64,000 bases of DNA from Candidatus Limnocylindria bacterium (GCA_038255505.1 JBBSLF010000001.1:2549-66548); one strand, 5' to 3'. Shown: positions 29,414-38,729, numbered from the stretch's first letter. Translations and numbers: made by a program. The notes: generated by a model not told the origin, from the sequence alone.

Positions 29414-30190
29414 TCACGGTCGATAGACGAACAGCCCCACGGCCAGGCCGAGAAGAACGAGCGCCCCGAACTCCACGGCCACGGAGCGACCGGAGGCACC
29501 ACCGCCGAGCGCGTCCACGGCGCCAGCCCACGTATAGAAGGCGAGGGCCAGCAGGGCGGCCGTGACGATCAGTGGCAGGTCAAGCACCACTGCGCCGGCA
29601 CCAACCTGGGCGACGACCAGGACATGCAGCAGAGCCTGTCCGAATGCCTCGGCGCCAAGCGTCCCGCGCGCCTCGGCCGCACGTTGGGCGAGAGGAAGCA
29701 CGAGGATCACGACCAGGATCAGTGGTGTTGGCCAGGTCTGCGTGCCGAATAGCGCCAACAGACCCGCCGAGCCCGCGAAGGTGATCGCCGTCAATTGCAG
29801 GTCGCCGAGCGTGCGGCCTCCCGTGCCGCGCTCGATGCGCATCTCGAGATACGTCACCGACCACAGGATCACGCCCACAATCGGCACCAGCAGGAGGCTC
29901 ACGCCGCCGGGAATCAGGCGCCCGAAGAGCGTCGCCGCAATGCCGGCGGTGGCGGGGATGGCGTACCGCGACAGGCCGAGCTCACCGCGAGCTGGACCGA
30001 TGACGCGCACGGCTCCGATGCCTCCCAGCGCCAGCTGCACGGCGATCGCAACCGACAGCCAGATGGGATCGGAGAACCAGCCGATCGCGGCAACCAGTGC
30101 CTGCGCCGCCGCCAGCATGACGGCAGCCGGACGATCGATGCGGCGCAGGACCGCCAGCCGGCGCGGATCTCCAAAGAGCCGGCTGATCAT
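29414..30190 (-). CDS. Hypothetical polytopic membrane protein (6-7 TM)
   Basis: ATG (MISRLFGDP) overlaps the polX stop (ATGA at 30187-30190). Hydrophobic throughout. Confidence 0.5.
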   Translation of the reverse strand: MISRLFGDPRRLAVLRRIDRPAAVMLAAAQALVAAIGWFSDPIWLSVAIAVQLALGGIGAVRVIGPARGELGLSRYAIPATAGIAATLFGRLIPGGVSLLLVPIVGVILWSVTYLEMRIERGTGGRTLGDLQLTAITFAGSAGLLALFGTQTWPTPLILVVILVLPLAQRAAEARGTLGAEAFGQALLHVLVVAQVGAGAVVLDLPLIVTAALLALAFYTWAGAVDALGGGASGRSVAVEFGALVLLGLAVGLFVYRP

Positions 30191-31938
30191 CGAACCGTCT
30201 CCAGCAACTGCTCGGCCGTGCGCGTGACAAGCAGTTGATCGGGACCAAGCCACGCCCGGCGCGCGATGTCCACGGCGTAGCGCTGCTGAGTGAGTTCCTC
30301 GGTGCGATGCGCGTCAGATACCAGCGTCAGGCGGGCACCGGCACGGCCGGCGGCGCGTGCCAGCGCGTCATCCAGGTCGAGTCGCGGGCTGCCGTTGATC
30401 TCGAGCGCGGTGCCGGTACGTGCCGCTGCCTCGAAGACGCGCGGCCAGTCGAGCGGCAGGGCGTCTCGCCGGTTGACGATCCGACCCGAAGGATGAGCCA
30501 GCACGTCGACGTGCGGGTGCTCGATGGCGGCGATTGCGCGCCGTGTCAACTGCTCAGAGGACTGACCGCGGCCGGTATGGATGCTGGCTATCACGATGTC
30601 GAAGCGCGCCAATAGCTCGTCGGAATAGTCGAGCGTCGCATCGGCCCGGATCTCAAGCTCGGTGCCATGCAGGATGCGGAACGGGGCGAGCTCGCCATTC
30701 AGCCGCGCGATCTCGGTGCGCTGCTCCTCAACGCGCTCCGGGATGAGCCCGCGCGCCACGCCAAGCGAGGGCGAGTGATCGGTCAACACCATGTACTCGT
30801 GGCCAAGGTCGCGCGCTGCGCGGGCCATGACCTCGATCGAGTCGACGCCATCGGTCCAGTCCGAATGGGTGTGGGTGTCGCCGCGCACATCGGCGCCGGT
30901 GACGAGCACTGGCAGCGTGCCGGCCATGGCCGCGGCGATCTCGCCATCCCCCTCGCGCATCTCGGGCGCGATCCAGGGCAGGCCGAGCCGTTCATACACG
31001 TCGACCTCTTCCGCGTCGAGCAGCAGCTCGCCCGTCTCGAGCACCTTGAAGCCCTTCTCCGACAGAGACCAGCCGCGATCGAGCGCCATGCCGCGCAACG
31101 TGATGTTGTGATCCTTGCTGCCGGTGAAGTGCACCAGGTGCGTCCCCCACGTCTCGGGCGGACAGACCATGAGGTCAACGCGCGGACCATCGCGCAGGAT
31201 GATGCTCGACTTGTCCGTCCCGGCCGAGATGATCTTGTCGACCTCCGGCATGCCGTCCAGCGCCGCAATGACCGCGGCTGGATCGTCAACGGCGGCCAGG
31301 ACATCCAGGTCGCCGATGGTCGAGCGTCGACGCCGCAGCGACCCGGCCTGCTCGATTCGATGGACGCCGGATACGTCGCGCAAGTGGTCGACCAGCCTGG
31401 CCACCAGCGCATCGGCGTCGTGAATGAGCAGCCGCGTGCTGCGCCGCTCGATCCGGCCGATGCCATCCAGGATGTTCTGCTCCGTCCGAGCCGAAAGCCC
31501 TTTCACGTGGCGCAGGCCGCCGGACTCCGCGGCTGCACGCAGGCTGTCGAGCGATTCGATTCCGAGCTCGGCATGGATCAGCTTCACGGTGCGCGGGCCG
31601 ACGCCGGACACCTGGAGCATGTCGAGCAGCCCGTCCGGCACCTGGGCGCGAAGGCGTTGGTGATACTCGAGGCGGCCGGTCTCCGACAGCTCGGCCAGCT
31701 TCGCGGTCAGCGCCGCGCCCGCGCCCGGCAGCTTCGGCGGCTCGCCGCGACGGAAGAGCGCCGCCACATCCTCCGGATAGCGCTCGATCACATCGGCGAC
31801 CCGACGGTAGGCAACGGCCTTGAACACCACCTCGCCCTGGATCTCGAGCATGTCCCCGATCTCGTTGAAAATGCGAGCCAGTTCGGAATTGGTGATCGTG
31901 GTGCCGCTGCTGCGCGACACGCTTCGGGGTCGAGGCAT
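30187..31938 (-). CDS. polX: DNA polymerase X family protein with C-terminal PHP phosphoesterase domain
   Basis: N-terminal Pol-beta-like region (NSELARIFNEIGDMLEIQGE, HhH GVGPRTV). PHP motifs DTHTHSDWTDG and TDHSPS. 583 aa. Confidence 0.85.
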   Translation of the reverse strand: MPRPRSVSRSSGTTITNSELARIFNEIGDMLEIQGEVVFKAVAYRRVADVIERYPEDVAALFRRGEPPKLPGAGAALTAKLAELSETGRLEYHQRLRAQVPDGLLDMLQVSGVGPRTVKLIHAELGIESLDSLRAAAESGGLRHVKGLSARTEQNILDGIGRIERRSTRLLIHDADALVARLVDHLRDVSGVHRIEQAGSLRRRRSTIGDLDVLAAVDDPAAVIAALDGMPEVDKIISAGTDKSSIILRDGPRVDLMVCPPETWGTHLVHFTGSKDHNITLRGMALDRGWSLSEKGFKVLETGELLLDAEEVDVYERLGLPWIAPEMREGDGEIAAAMAGTLPVLVTGADVRGDTHTHSDWTDGVDSIEVMARAARDLGHEYMVLTDHSPSLGVARGLIPERVEEQRTEIARLNGELAPFRILHGTELEIRADATLDYSDELLARFDIVIASIHTGRGQSSEQLTRRAIAAIEHPHVDVLAHPSGRIVNRRDALPLDWPRVFEAAARTGTALEINGSPRLDLDDALARAAGRAGARLTLVSDAHRTEELTQQRYAVDIARRAWLGPDQLLVTRTAEQLLETVR

Positions 31939-32040
31939 CGGTCAATTCTAGGGCGGTCTTCCCCGGATACGCCCAGCGCACAATTTCGCCTGAGCTTTCG
32001 CCGCTCCTGGAGCCGGATGATGCGGATCGGCTCCCGTTGA

Positions 32041-32209
32041 GTCATATGCCGTCATGGCGGGCATTAGGCGCGAAAGCGCGTCAGCAGCTGCCGGTTCTGA
32101 GCGTGGCCGAGCCTGATCTGGCCCCCATCTGCCGGCTAATGCCCGCCGGCGCGGCGTATGACCCAGCGCGCGCCGTCGTGGGAACTAATGCCGTCCGCAC
32201 GGGCATCAG
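32041..32209. repeat. Cluster of three copies of a roughly 28-bp element (consensus about CTAATGCCCRCC-N5-8-GTCATATGAC). Two are in inverted orientation (32041-32072 and 32136-32164), forming a MITE/REP-like about 125-bp unit. A third variant lies at 32185-32209.
   Basis: Seen in the sequence. Located about 100-270 bp upstream of the polX operon start. Confidence 0.5.
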
Positions 32210-32264
32210 GCACAACCAGGTGGGCCGATCCGGCGCCGACGTGCACGTCCCCACCCCGTGGGCG

Positions 32265-33257
32265 TCAGGCGCCGATGGGGTGCCAGACGGTCTTGATCTC
32301 GACGAACTCACCGATGTGATAAGGCGACTGCGCCCGCTCAGCCAGCCAGTCGTACCGCTCCAACCCCGACGATGGCGGCCGAACGAAGCGCTTCACGTTC
32401 TCGACGGCCACCTCCTCGAGCGCCGCGCGCTCCAGAGGGTCCGCACCGAAGGCGTCGAGCGCGTTGACGTCCATGTGCCCCGCCAAGTGCCCGACAAGCT
32501 CGCGCCGCAGCCCGGTGATCAGGTTCACGACGCCACCGGGCACGTCTGAGGTTGCGAGGACCTCCGCTAACGTCACGCCGGGAAGCGGCCGCGTCTCCGA
32601 CGAGATGACGACCGCCGCGTTGCCGCTCACGATGATCGGGGCCAGCCGGCTGACGAGGCCCAGCAGGCTCGACGCTTCCGGCGCGACCATGCCGACCACG
32701 CCGGTCGGCTCGGGGATCGAGAAGTTGAAGTACGGCCCCGCGACGGGGTTGACGGTGCCGATCGACTGGGTGTACTTGTCGGCCCAGCCGGCGTACCAGA
32801 CCCATCGGTCAATGGAAGCGTCCACCAGTCGGGCAGCTCGCGCGCGGCCGACGCCTTCGGCGGCAATCACCTCCGCCACGAACTGGTCGCGCCGCCCCTC
32901 CATCAGCTCGGCAATGCGATACAGGATCTGCGATCGGTTGTAGGCCGTCTTGGATCCCCATCCCGGCTGGGCCTTGCGAGCCGCGCGAACCGCCTCCCGG
33001 ATGTCCTTGCGCGTGCCACGTGAGGCGTTCGCGAGCAACTGACCCTTGGCGCCGAACACCTCGTACGCGCGCCCCGACTCGGTACGCGGAAATGCACCGC
33101 CGATGTACAGCTTGTACGTCTTGCGCACGCCGATCCGATCACCGTCGCGACCGGCAGACCCTGTCGTCGCCAACGGCTGCGCCTCCCGCTGATCCAGCAC
33201 CGGCGCGCCCCGCTGGCGACTTCGGGAGCGAGTCGCCGTCTTCGCCCTCGGGCTCAT
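32265..33257 (-). CDS. Aldehyde-dehydrogenase-like protein comprising only the N-terminal NAD(P)-binding half. Degenerate, probably a pseudoenzyme.
   Basis: ALDH-like KLYIGGAF, GVVGMVAPEASS (WNFP replaced), VNLITG, but ends before the ELGGK and catalytic Cys regions. Its start overlaps the stop of the full ALDH. Confidence 0.55.
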   Translation of the reverse strand: MSPRAKTATRSRSRQRGAPVLDQREAQPLATTGSAGRDGDRIGVRKTYKLYIGGAFPRTESGRAYEVFGAKGQLLANASRGTRKDIREAVRAARKAQPGWGSKTAYNRSQILYRIAELMEGRRDQFVAEVIAAEGVGRARAARLVDASIDRWVWYAGWADKYTQSIGTVNPVAGPYFNFSIPEPTGVVGMVAPEASSLLGLVSRLAPIIVSGNAAVVISSETRPLPGVTLAEVLATSDVPGGVVNLITGLRRELVGHLAGHMDVNALDAFGADPLERAALEEVAVENVKRFVRPPSSGLERYDWLAERAQSPYHIGEFVEIKTVWHPIGA

Positions 33258-34780
33258 CGGCCGCTCACGCCGTTGGCAGACAGATCCAGGTACGCCCCCA
33301 GGCCATGGATGCCGCCCTCGCGGCCGTAACCGGACTCCTTGTAGCCGCCGAAGGGCGAGGTCGGATCAAATCGGTTGAAGGTGTTGGCCCACACCACGCC
33401 GGCGCGCATGGCGTTGACCATCTTGAAGATGCGGCTGCCCTTCTCGGTCCACACCCCGGCAGAAAGCCCGTACGGAGTGTTGTTGGCCTTCTCGATCGCC
33501 TCGTCCGGGGTGCGGAAGGTGAGCACCGAGAGCACCGGCCCGAAGATCTCCTCCTGCGCGATCCGATGCGACATCGACACGCCGGTGAACAGCGTCGGGC
33601 GGAAGAAGAAGCCGCGCGTCGGCAGCTCGCAGTCTGGCTGAAACATCTCCGCGCCTTCCGCGATCCCCGACTCCACCAGTTCCTGCACCTTGGCCAGCTG
33701 CGCGGCCGAGTTGATGGCCCCGACATCGGTGTTCTTGTCGAGCGGATCGCCCACCCGAAGCGTCCCCAGGCGCGCCTTCAGCTTCTCGATCAGTGGCTCA
33801 TACACGCTCTCCTGCACGAACAGGCGCGAACCGGCGCAGCAGACCTCCCCCTGGTTGAAGTAGATGCCGTTGACGATGCCCTCGATGGCCTGGTCAAGCG
33901 GCGCATCGTCAAAGACGATGTTGGCCGCCTTGCCACCCAGCTCCAGGGTGAGCTTCTTGTCGGAACCGGCCAGTGCCCGCGCGATCATCTTGCCGACGAC
34001 GGTCGAGCCGGTGAAGGCGACCTTGCTGACGTCCGGGTGCGTGACCAGCTCCATGCCGATCTCGCCTGGCCCGGTGATGATGTTGACCACGCCGGGCGGC
34101 AGATCGGCCTGTCGCACGACATCGGCGAACAGGTAGGCGGTCAGCGGCGTGGTGGATGCCGGCTTGAGCACGACCGTGTTGCCGGCCGCCAGCGCAGGGG
34201 CGATCTTCCAGGCCAGCATGAGCAGGGGGAAGTTCCAGGGGATGACCTGCGCCGCCACGCCCAGCGAACGTGGATCGCGGTTCGGGAAGGCGTACTCCAG
34301 CTTATCGGCCCAGCCGGCGTAGTAGAAGAAATGGGCGGCCGCCAGGGGCACGTCGACGTCGCGCGACTCCTTGATCGGCTTGCCGGAGTTCATGGACTCC
34401 ACGACGGCAAACTCTCGAGAGCGCTCCTGCATGATTCGCGCGATCCGGTACAGGTACTTCGCCCGCTCCCTGCCCGGAAGCTTCGACCACACAGACCGAT
34501 GCGCCTCGTGGGCCGCACCGACTGCACGGCCGACATCCGCCTTCGAGGCATGCGCGACCTTGGCAAGGGGCTCCTCGGTGGCCGGGTTGATGACAGTGAA
34601 GGTCTTGCGCGGCGTCGAGCGGACGAACTCGTTGCCGATGAACAGGCCGTACTCCGGCTCGATCCGGATGTGATCGGTCGCCTCGGGAGCGGGAGCGTAC
34701 TCCCACGGGTTCTCGCCCGTCGCAAGTCCCCAGGAGTTCGGCGCCGCCGGCCGCGATTCGGTCTTCTTGGTGAGTGTCAT
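33254..34780 (-). CDS. Aldehyde dehydrogenase (NAD(P)+)
   Basis: VIPWNFPLLM, ELGGK, catalytic EVCCAGSR. 508 aa. Confidence 0.85.
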   Translation of the reverse strand: MTLTKKTESRPAAPNSWGLATGENPWEYAPAPEATDHIRIEPEYGLFIGNEFVRSTPRKTFTVINPATEEPLAKVAHASKADVGRAVGAAHEAHRSVWSKLPGRERAKYLYRIARIMQERSREFAVVESMNSGKPIKESRDVDVPLAAAHFFYYAGWADKLEYAFPNRDPRSLGVAAQVIPWNFPLLMLAWKIAPALAAGNTVVLKPASTTPLTAYLFADVVRQADLPPGVVNIITGPGEIGMELVTHPDVSKVAFTGSTVVGKMIARALAGSDKKLTLELGGKAANIVFDDAPLDQAIEGIVNGIYFNQGEVCCAGSRLFVQESVYEPLIEKLKARLGTLRVGDPLDKNTDVGAINSAAQLAKVQELVESGIAEGAEMFQPDCELPTRGFFFRPTLFTGVSMSHRIAQEEIFGPVLSVLTFRTPDEAIEKANNTPYGLSAGVWTEKGSRIFKMVNAMRAGVVWANTFNRFDPTSPFGGYKESGYGREGGIHGLGAYLDLSANGVSGR

Positions 34781-35221
34781 GAACCTCGATTATCGCACCA
34801 GTGGTGTGACATCGAGGCGCGACGCGACGCCACGTCGCGGCGGAGGCTTACGGCCGCGGCGATCACCGCCACCGCGCAGAAGCCACCGAGCACGACCAGA
34901 TCCGGCTGGATTGACGACGACGCCAGGTCGGCGCCGCGCAGTGTGACCGCACAGCGCGTCCACGGCCTCTGTCAGCGCAAGCACGTTTGGGGGGCCGGTT
35001 TTCACGGCGCCGACACGAAGCCACCGGGTTGCCAGATACCAACGAGGGTCGGCTTACGCGAGGCTAAGAGGCACGACGACGCTCGGCGACCGTCGCCTTG
35101 ACCGTGGACGCCGCGCGTACTGGCCCGATGCGGGTCGCCGACCGTACCTAAGCCGACGGTGTTTGGTAAGTGGCGGCACCGCCGTCTCAACGGCCCGGAC
35201 GGATGCCTGTGTCGTGGCAGT

Positions 35222-35842
35222 TCACGAGGCCCGAAGGACGCCTTCGAGGCGCAGGAGGAAGCGCTTTCGGTCGAGGCCGCCGGTGTAGCCGCCCAGTCCG
35301 CCGCCGGCATGGAGGACGCGGTGGCACGGCACGACGATCGGCACGGGATTCGAGCCGAGCGCGTTCCCGGCCGCGCGATACGCATTCGGCGAGCCAGCCT
35401 CGGTCGCAATCTCGCGATACGAGGAGACTCCCCCGAACGGGATGTGCGCGGTGGCCCGCAGGACGGCGCCGGCGAAGCCGCGGACGAGGCGCCAGTCGAT
35501 CGGAACGTCGAACGCGCGACGCGTGCCCGCGAAGTAATCATCGAGCTGGCGACGGACCTCGTCTGTGCGCTCGGGTGCGGACATGATGCGGGGCGAGATG
35601 ATGGCGGCCAGCTCCGCGAGCTGCTCTTCGACCGCCTCGTGTGCATATGACAGCCTCACCAGGCCTCGCGGCGTGACCATGACGGTCAACGGACCGAGAG
35701 GCGAATCGTATGTGCCATGGGCCACATCAAGCAGGCCATCGGTCCCGGCCCGCCGTGCAAGCGTCGTGCGCAGGCGGTCGAGATCGAGCGGAGGGACGGA
35801 CCCGGCAGCATCGGCCAGGCGGCGCTCGAGGTCATCGGTCAT
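35222..35842 (-). CDS. ogt: Methylated-DNA--protein-cysteine methyltransferase
   Basis: Active-site VPCHRV motif in the C-terminal domain. Confidence 0.85.
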   Translation of the reverse strand: MTDDLERRLADAAGSVPPLDLDRLRTTLARRAGTDGLLDVAHGTYDSPLGPLTVMVTPRGLVRLSYAHEAVEEQLAELAAIISPRIMSAPERTDEVRRQLDDYFAGTRRAFDVPIDWRLVRGFAGAVLRATAHIPFGGVSSYREIATEAGSPNAYRAAGNALGSNPVPIVVPCHRVLHAGGGLGGYTGGLDRKRFLLRLEGVLRAS

Positions 35843-36419
35843 TGGTGGTCACCTCGCGGCGCAGCCGCCGCAGGCCGGCGCGGACATTCTGGCGCGCGGC
35901 CTCCTCGCTGATGCCCATGCGCTCCCCGACCTCGACGTAGGCAAGGTCCAGCACGAACCGATGCACCACCGCCGCGCGCTGCTTGGCCGGCAACGATCGC
36001 ACGCGCAGCCAGAGTTCGTCATCGCCCGGTGGCGCACTCGGGGGCGCAACCGGCTCGATGCCGTCGAGGTCCCGCGTCGGACGGCGTGCCGTGCGTCGGA
36101 TGACATCGGTCGCTTTGCGCTGCGCGATCGTATACAGCCAGGCACGGAGGTTGTCGCCATGGCGAAGTCTCGGGTAGGCGCGCAACGCGGACATGAAGGT
36201 CTCCTGGACGCAGTCCTCCGCCTCGGTCGGACCGACAAGGCCCACCAGAAACCGATGCAGCTCACGGGCATGAGCATCGATCAGCGTCTCGAACGGCGGG
36301 AGCTGCACACCTGGTGAAACGCCGCGACGCGGGGTCACGTGAGATCGGACTACCGGATCGCCTCGACCTCGATGTCGAGATCGAGCGAATTCCAGGCCCG
36401 ATCCGGCGTGCGAACTCAA
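35832..36419 (-). CDS. ECF-subfamily RNA polymerase sigma-70 factor
   Basis: Region 2 (ELHRFLVGL...DCVQETFMSALRAYPRLR...RAWLYTIAQRKATD) and region 4 (LPAKQRAAVVHRFVLDLAYVEVGERMGISEEAARQNV). True start is probably an internal GTG. Overlaps the ogt start. Confidence 0.75.
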   Translation of the reverse strand: MSSHAGSGLEFARSRHRGRGDPVVRSHVTPRRGVSPGVQLPPFETLIDAHARELHRFLVGLVGPTEAEDCVQETFMSALRAYPRLRHGDNLRAWLYTIAQRKATDVIRRTARRPTRDLDGIEPVAPPSAPPGDDELWLRVRSLPAKQRAAVVHRFVLDLAYVEVGERMGISEEAARQNVRAGLRRLRREVTTNDR

Positions 36420-37096
36420 CCGGCCGCGCGACGGACGAAGTCCTCGATGGCGGAGGGGTCATCGGCTTCCACGAATGTGACGCCGCCGGCCGGGGTGTCG
36501 TCGGGCCGCCAGCCGATCGTGATGCCGGGGTTCTGGTCGTTCGTGCCATCGGACGCAAACAGATGCGCCGCACCGCGCACCTCATCCCCTCGAGCGACAG
36601 CCCAGTCGTCGAAAACGGCACGGCGCGCGCGCCCGTCATCGAGCGCCGCGGCGAGTGTTGCCACATCCAGCGAGTCGCATTCGTTGGCGACCTCGAGGAT
36701 GACGTGGCGCAGGCTGATGCAGCGGCTCTCGCCCCAGAACGCGCGGCGCAGTGCACGGTCGAGCTCCTCCGACGCGGTGAGTGACTGGAGCTTGGCGGCC
36801 AGCACGGCCTCCATCGGCGGCAGGAGTGTCACCGGCCAGGCGTCGTCGGGCGCCGACCATGCCTGCCATCCCGCACGCGGTGCCAGCTCGGCCGCCGCGG
36901 GCCGATCGGCCTCACGCTGCGATCGCGGTGTCGGCTCATTGTTGAACAGCTCGAGCGGGAAGACATGATGGTCGAACTTGACCTTTCCCTCGAGGCCGAG
37001 GCGCCGGCGCGCGTCGTGGAGGCGCCACACGACGGCATGGGACCAGGGGCAGCCCAGATCGGACCATACGGCGATCGTGTTCGGGGCGACGTGCAT
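36416..37096 (-). CDS. DsbA-like thioredoxin-fold protein with CPWS (single-Cys) active-site variant
   Basis: IAVWSDLGCPWSH N-terminal motif. ATG at 37094-37096. Confidence 0.6.
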   Translation of the reverse strand: MHVAPNTIAVWSDLGCPWSHAVVWRLHDARRRLGLEGKVKFDHHVFPLELFNNEPTPRSQREADRPAAAELAPRAGWQAWSAPDDAWPVTLLPPMEAVLAAKLQSLTASEELDRALRRAFWGESRCISLRHVILEVANECDSLDVATLAAALDDGRARRAVFDDWAVARGDEVRGAAHLFASDGTNDQNPGITIGWRPDDTPAGGVTFVEADDPSAIEDFVRRAAG

Positions 37097-37100
37097 CGGC

Positions 37101-38063
37101 TCAGTCAAGAGTGAAGTAGTCGCCGCCCGAGTAGCGCCCGGTGCGCTCCTTGCGGATCTGCATGAGCACGTCATTGAGGAGACTGGATGCCCCGAATCGG
37201 AACAGGTTCGGGGTCATCCACTGCGGGCCGAGTGTCTCGTACAGCGTTGTCAGGTAGCTGATCGCCTCCTTCGCGGTCCGGATGCCACCCGCCGGCTTCA
37301 TGCCCACGACGCGACCGGTCTGCGCATGAAAGTCGCGGATGGCCTCCAGCATGACGAGGGTCACGGGCAGCGTCGCGGCCGGCTGGATCTTGCCGGTCGA
37401 GGTCTTGATGAAGTCGGCTCCGGCCGCCATGGCCAGGACCGATGCACGCCGTACGTTGTCGTACGTCTCCAGCTCGCCGGTCTCCAGGATGACCTTGAGA
37501 TGCGCGTCGCCGCAGGCGGCCTTGACCTCGATGATCTCGTCATAGACCGATGCGTAATCGCCCGCCAGGAACGCGCCCCGGTCGATGACCATGTCGATCT
37601 CATCGGCTCCCGCTGCCACGGCGCCTCGCACATCCGCGAGCTTGACCTCGAGCGGCGCCTGGCCGGATGGGAAGTAGGTCGCGACCGATGCGACCTTCAC
37701 GTCGGAGCCTTTGAGTGCCTCCACCGCGAACGGGATCATGTTGGGGTAGACGCACAGCGCGGCGACGGAGGGGATACTCGGGTCGGTCGGATCAGGGCGC
37801 CGTGCCTTGCCCGCCAGCGCGCGGATCTTGCCCGGCGTGTCCTTCCCCTCCAAGGTGGTGAGGTCCATCATTCGGATCGCGAGGTCCAGCGCCCAGAGTT
37901 TCGCGTCCTTCTTGATGGAGCGCTTCGCGAGCGAGGCAGCGCGCTCCTCCACACCCACGGCGTCAACCGCCCACACGCGACCCAGCAGGGACCCGAGGTG
38001 TTGGTGGCGCTTGCTCGTGAGGTCGCGACGCTCGTTGCGGCGGACGGGAGTGGTGGCTGTCAT
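37101..38063 (-). CDS. deoC: Deoxyribose-phosphate aldolase (long/class-II type)
   Basis: Schiff-base lysine motif FIKTSTGK, and DMVID. ATG at 38061-38063. Confidence 0.85.
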   Translation of the reverse strand: MTATTPVRRNERRDLTSKRHQHLGSLLGRVWAVDAVGVEERAASLAKRSIKKDAKLWALDLAIRMMDLTTLEGKDTPGKIRALAGKARRPDPTDPSIPSVAALCVYPNMIPFAVEALKGSDVKVASVATYFPSGQAPLEVKLADVRGAVAAGADEIDMVIDRGAFLAGDYASVYDEIIEVKAACGDAHLKVILETGELETYDNVRRASVLAMAAGADFIKTSTGKIQPAATLPVTLVMLEAIRDFHAQTGRVVGMKPAGGIRTAKEAISYLTTLYETLGPQWMTPNLFRFGASSLLNDVLMQIRKERTGRYSGGDYFTLD

Positions 38064-38110
38064 GGGCCGATCATTGTAGCGCCCGGACGACTGGTACCCT
38101 TCGATCACCC

Positions 38111-38482
38111 ATGGCCGCCGATCCGATTCTCTACTGCCTCACGCGCGACCGCGACCTCGCCATCGGTGTCGACGCGCGGCTGTCCGGGGCGATCGCGTTC
38201 TTCTTCAACGACGCGGCACGCCTGCACCAGGCGGTCACCCTCCGCGCGCCGCAGTTCGTGGTCGTCGACACCGGAGCCGTGCGAGCCGAGTTCGGCGATG
38301 CTGGATTGGGTCCGGTCTTCGACTTCCTGCGACATCGTGTGCCCGACGCAGGGCTCTCCGTCCGACCAACGCCCGGGGTCGAGCATCTCATCTCCGCGGA
38401 GGCGGGTGCGGATGTGACTCTCCTGCCTTCGGCGCTCGACGCGTGCGTGGACGCGGTGGCCGCACAGTGCGGCTGCGCCTGA
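38111..38482 (+). CDS. Hypothetical protein (123 aa)
   Basis: Protein-like composition with high GC3. Divergent from deoC. No recognisable motif. Confidence 0.3.
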   Translation: MAADPILYCLTRDRDLAIGVDARLSGAIAFFFNDAARLHQAVTLRAPQFVVVDTGAVRAEFGDAGLGPVFDFLRHRVPDAGLSVRPTPGVEHLISAEAGADVTLLPSALDACVDAVAAQCGCA

Positions 38483-38517
38483 CCGGCATCCCCTGCCGCC
38501 GCCGCGCCGCTCGTTTC

Positions 38518-38695
38518 GGGTCATACGACCACCTGCGCGTCATATGACCAAACCACGACTGCCGTTCGCTCAAACGCCGTGGTGACGGGCAATAGGTGAG
38601 AGATTCAGTGCTGATGGGTCGCGCCCACGCTCAGTCGCCGACGGTTCGACCCAATTCTCCCAGCTAATGCCCACCAGCGCGTCATATGACCAAAC
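38518..38695. repeat. Second cluster of the GTCATATGAC-containing repeat family. A near-perfect 24-bp direct repeat (CACC[T/A]GCGCGTCATATGACCAAAC at 38530-38553 and 38672-38695), the second copy preceded by CTAATGCCC.
   Basis: Seen in the sequence. Related to the 32041-32209 repeats. Confidence 0.5.
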
Positions 38696-38729
38696 GCGAG
38701 CAGCTCATCGCCGTATCGACGCCGATTCC

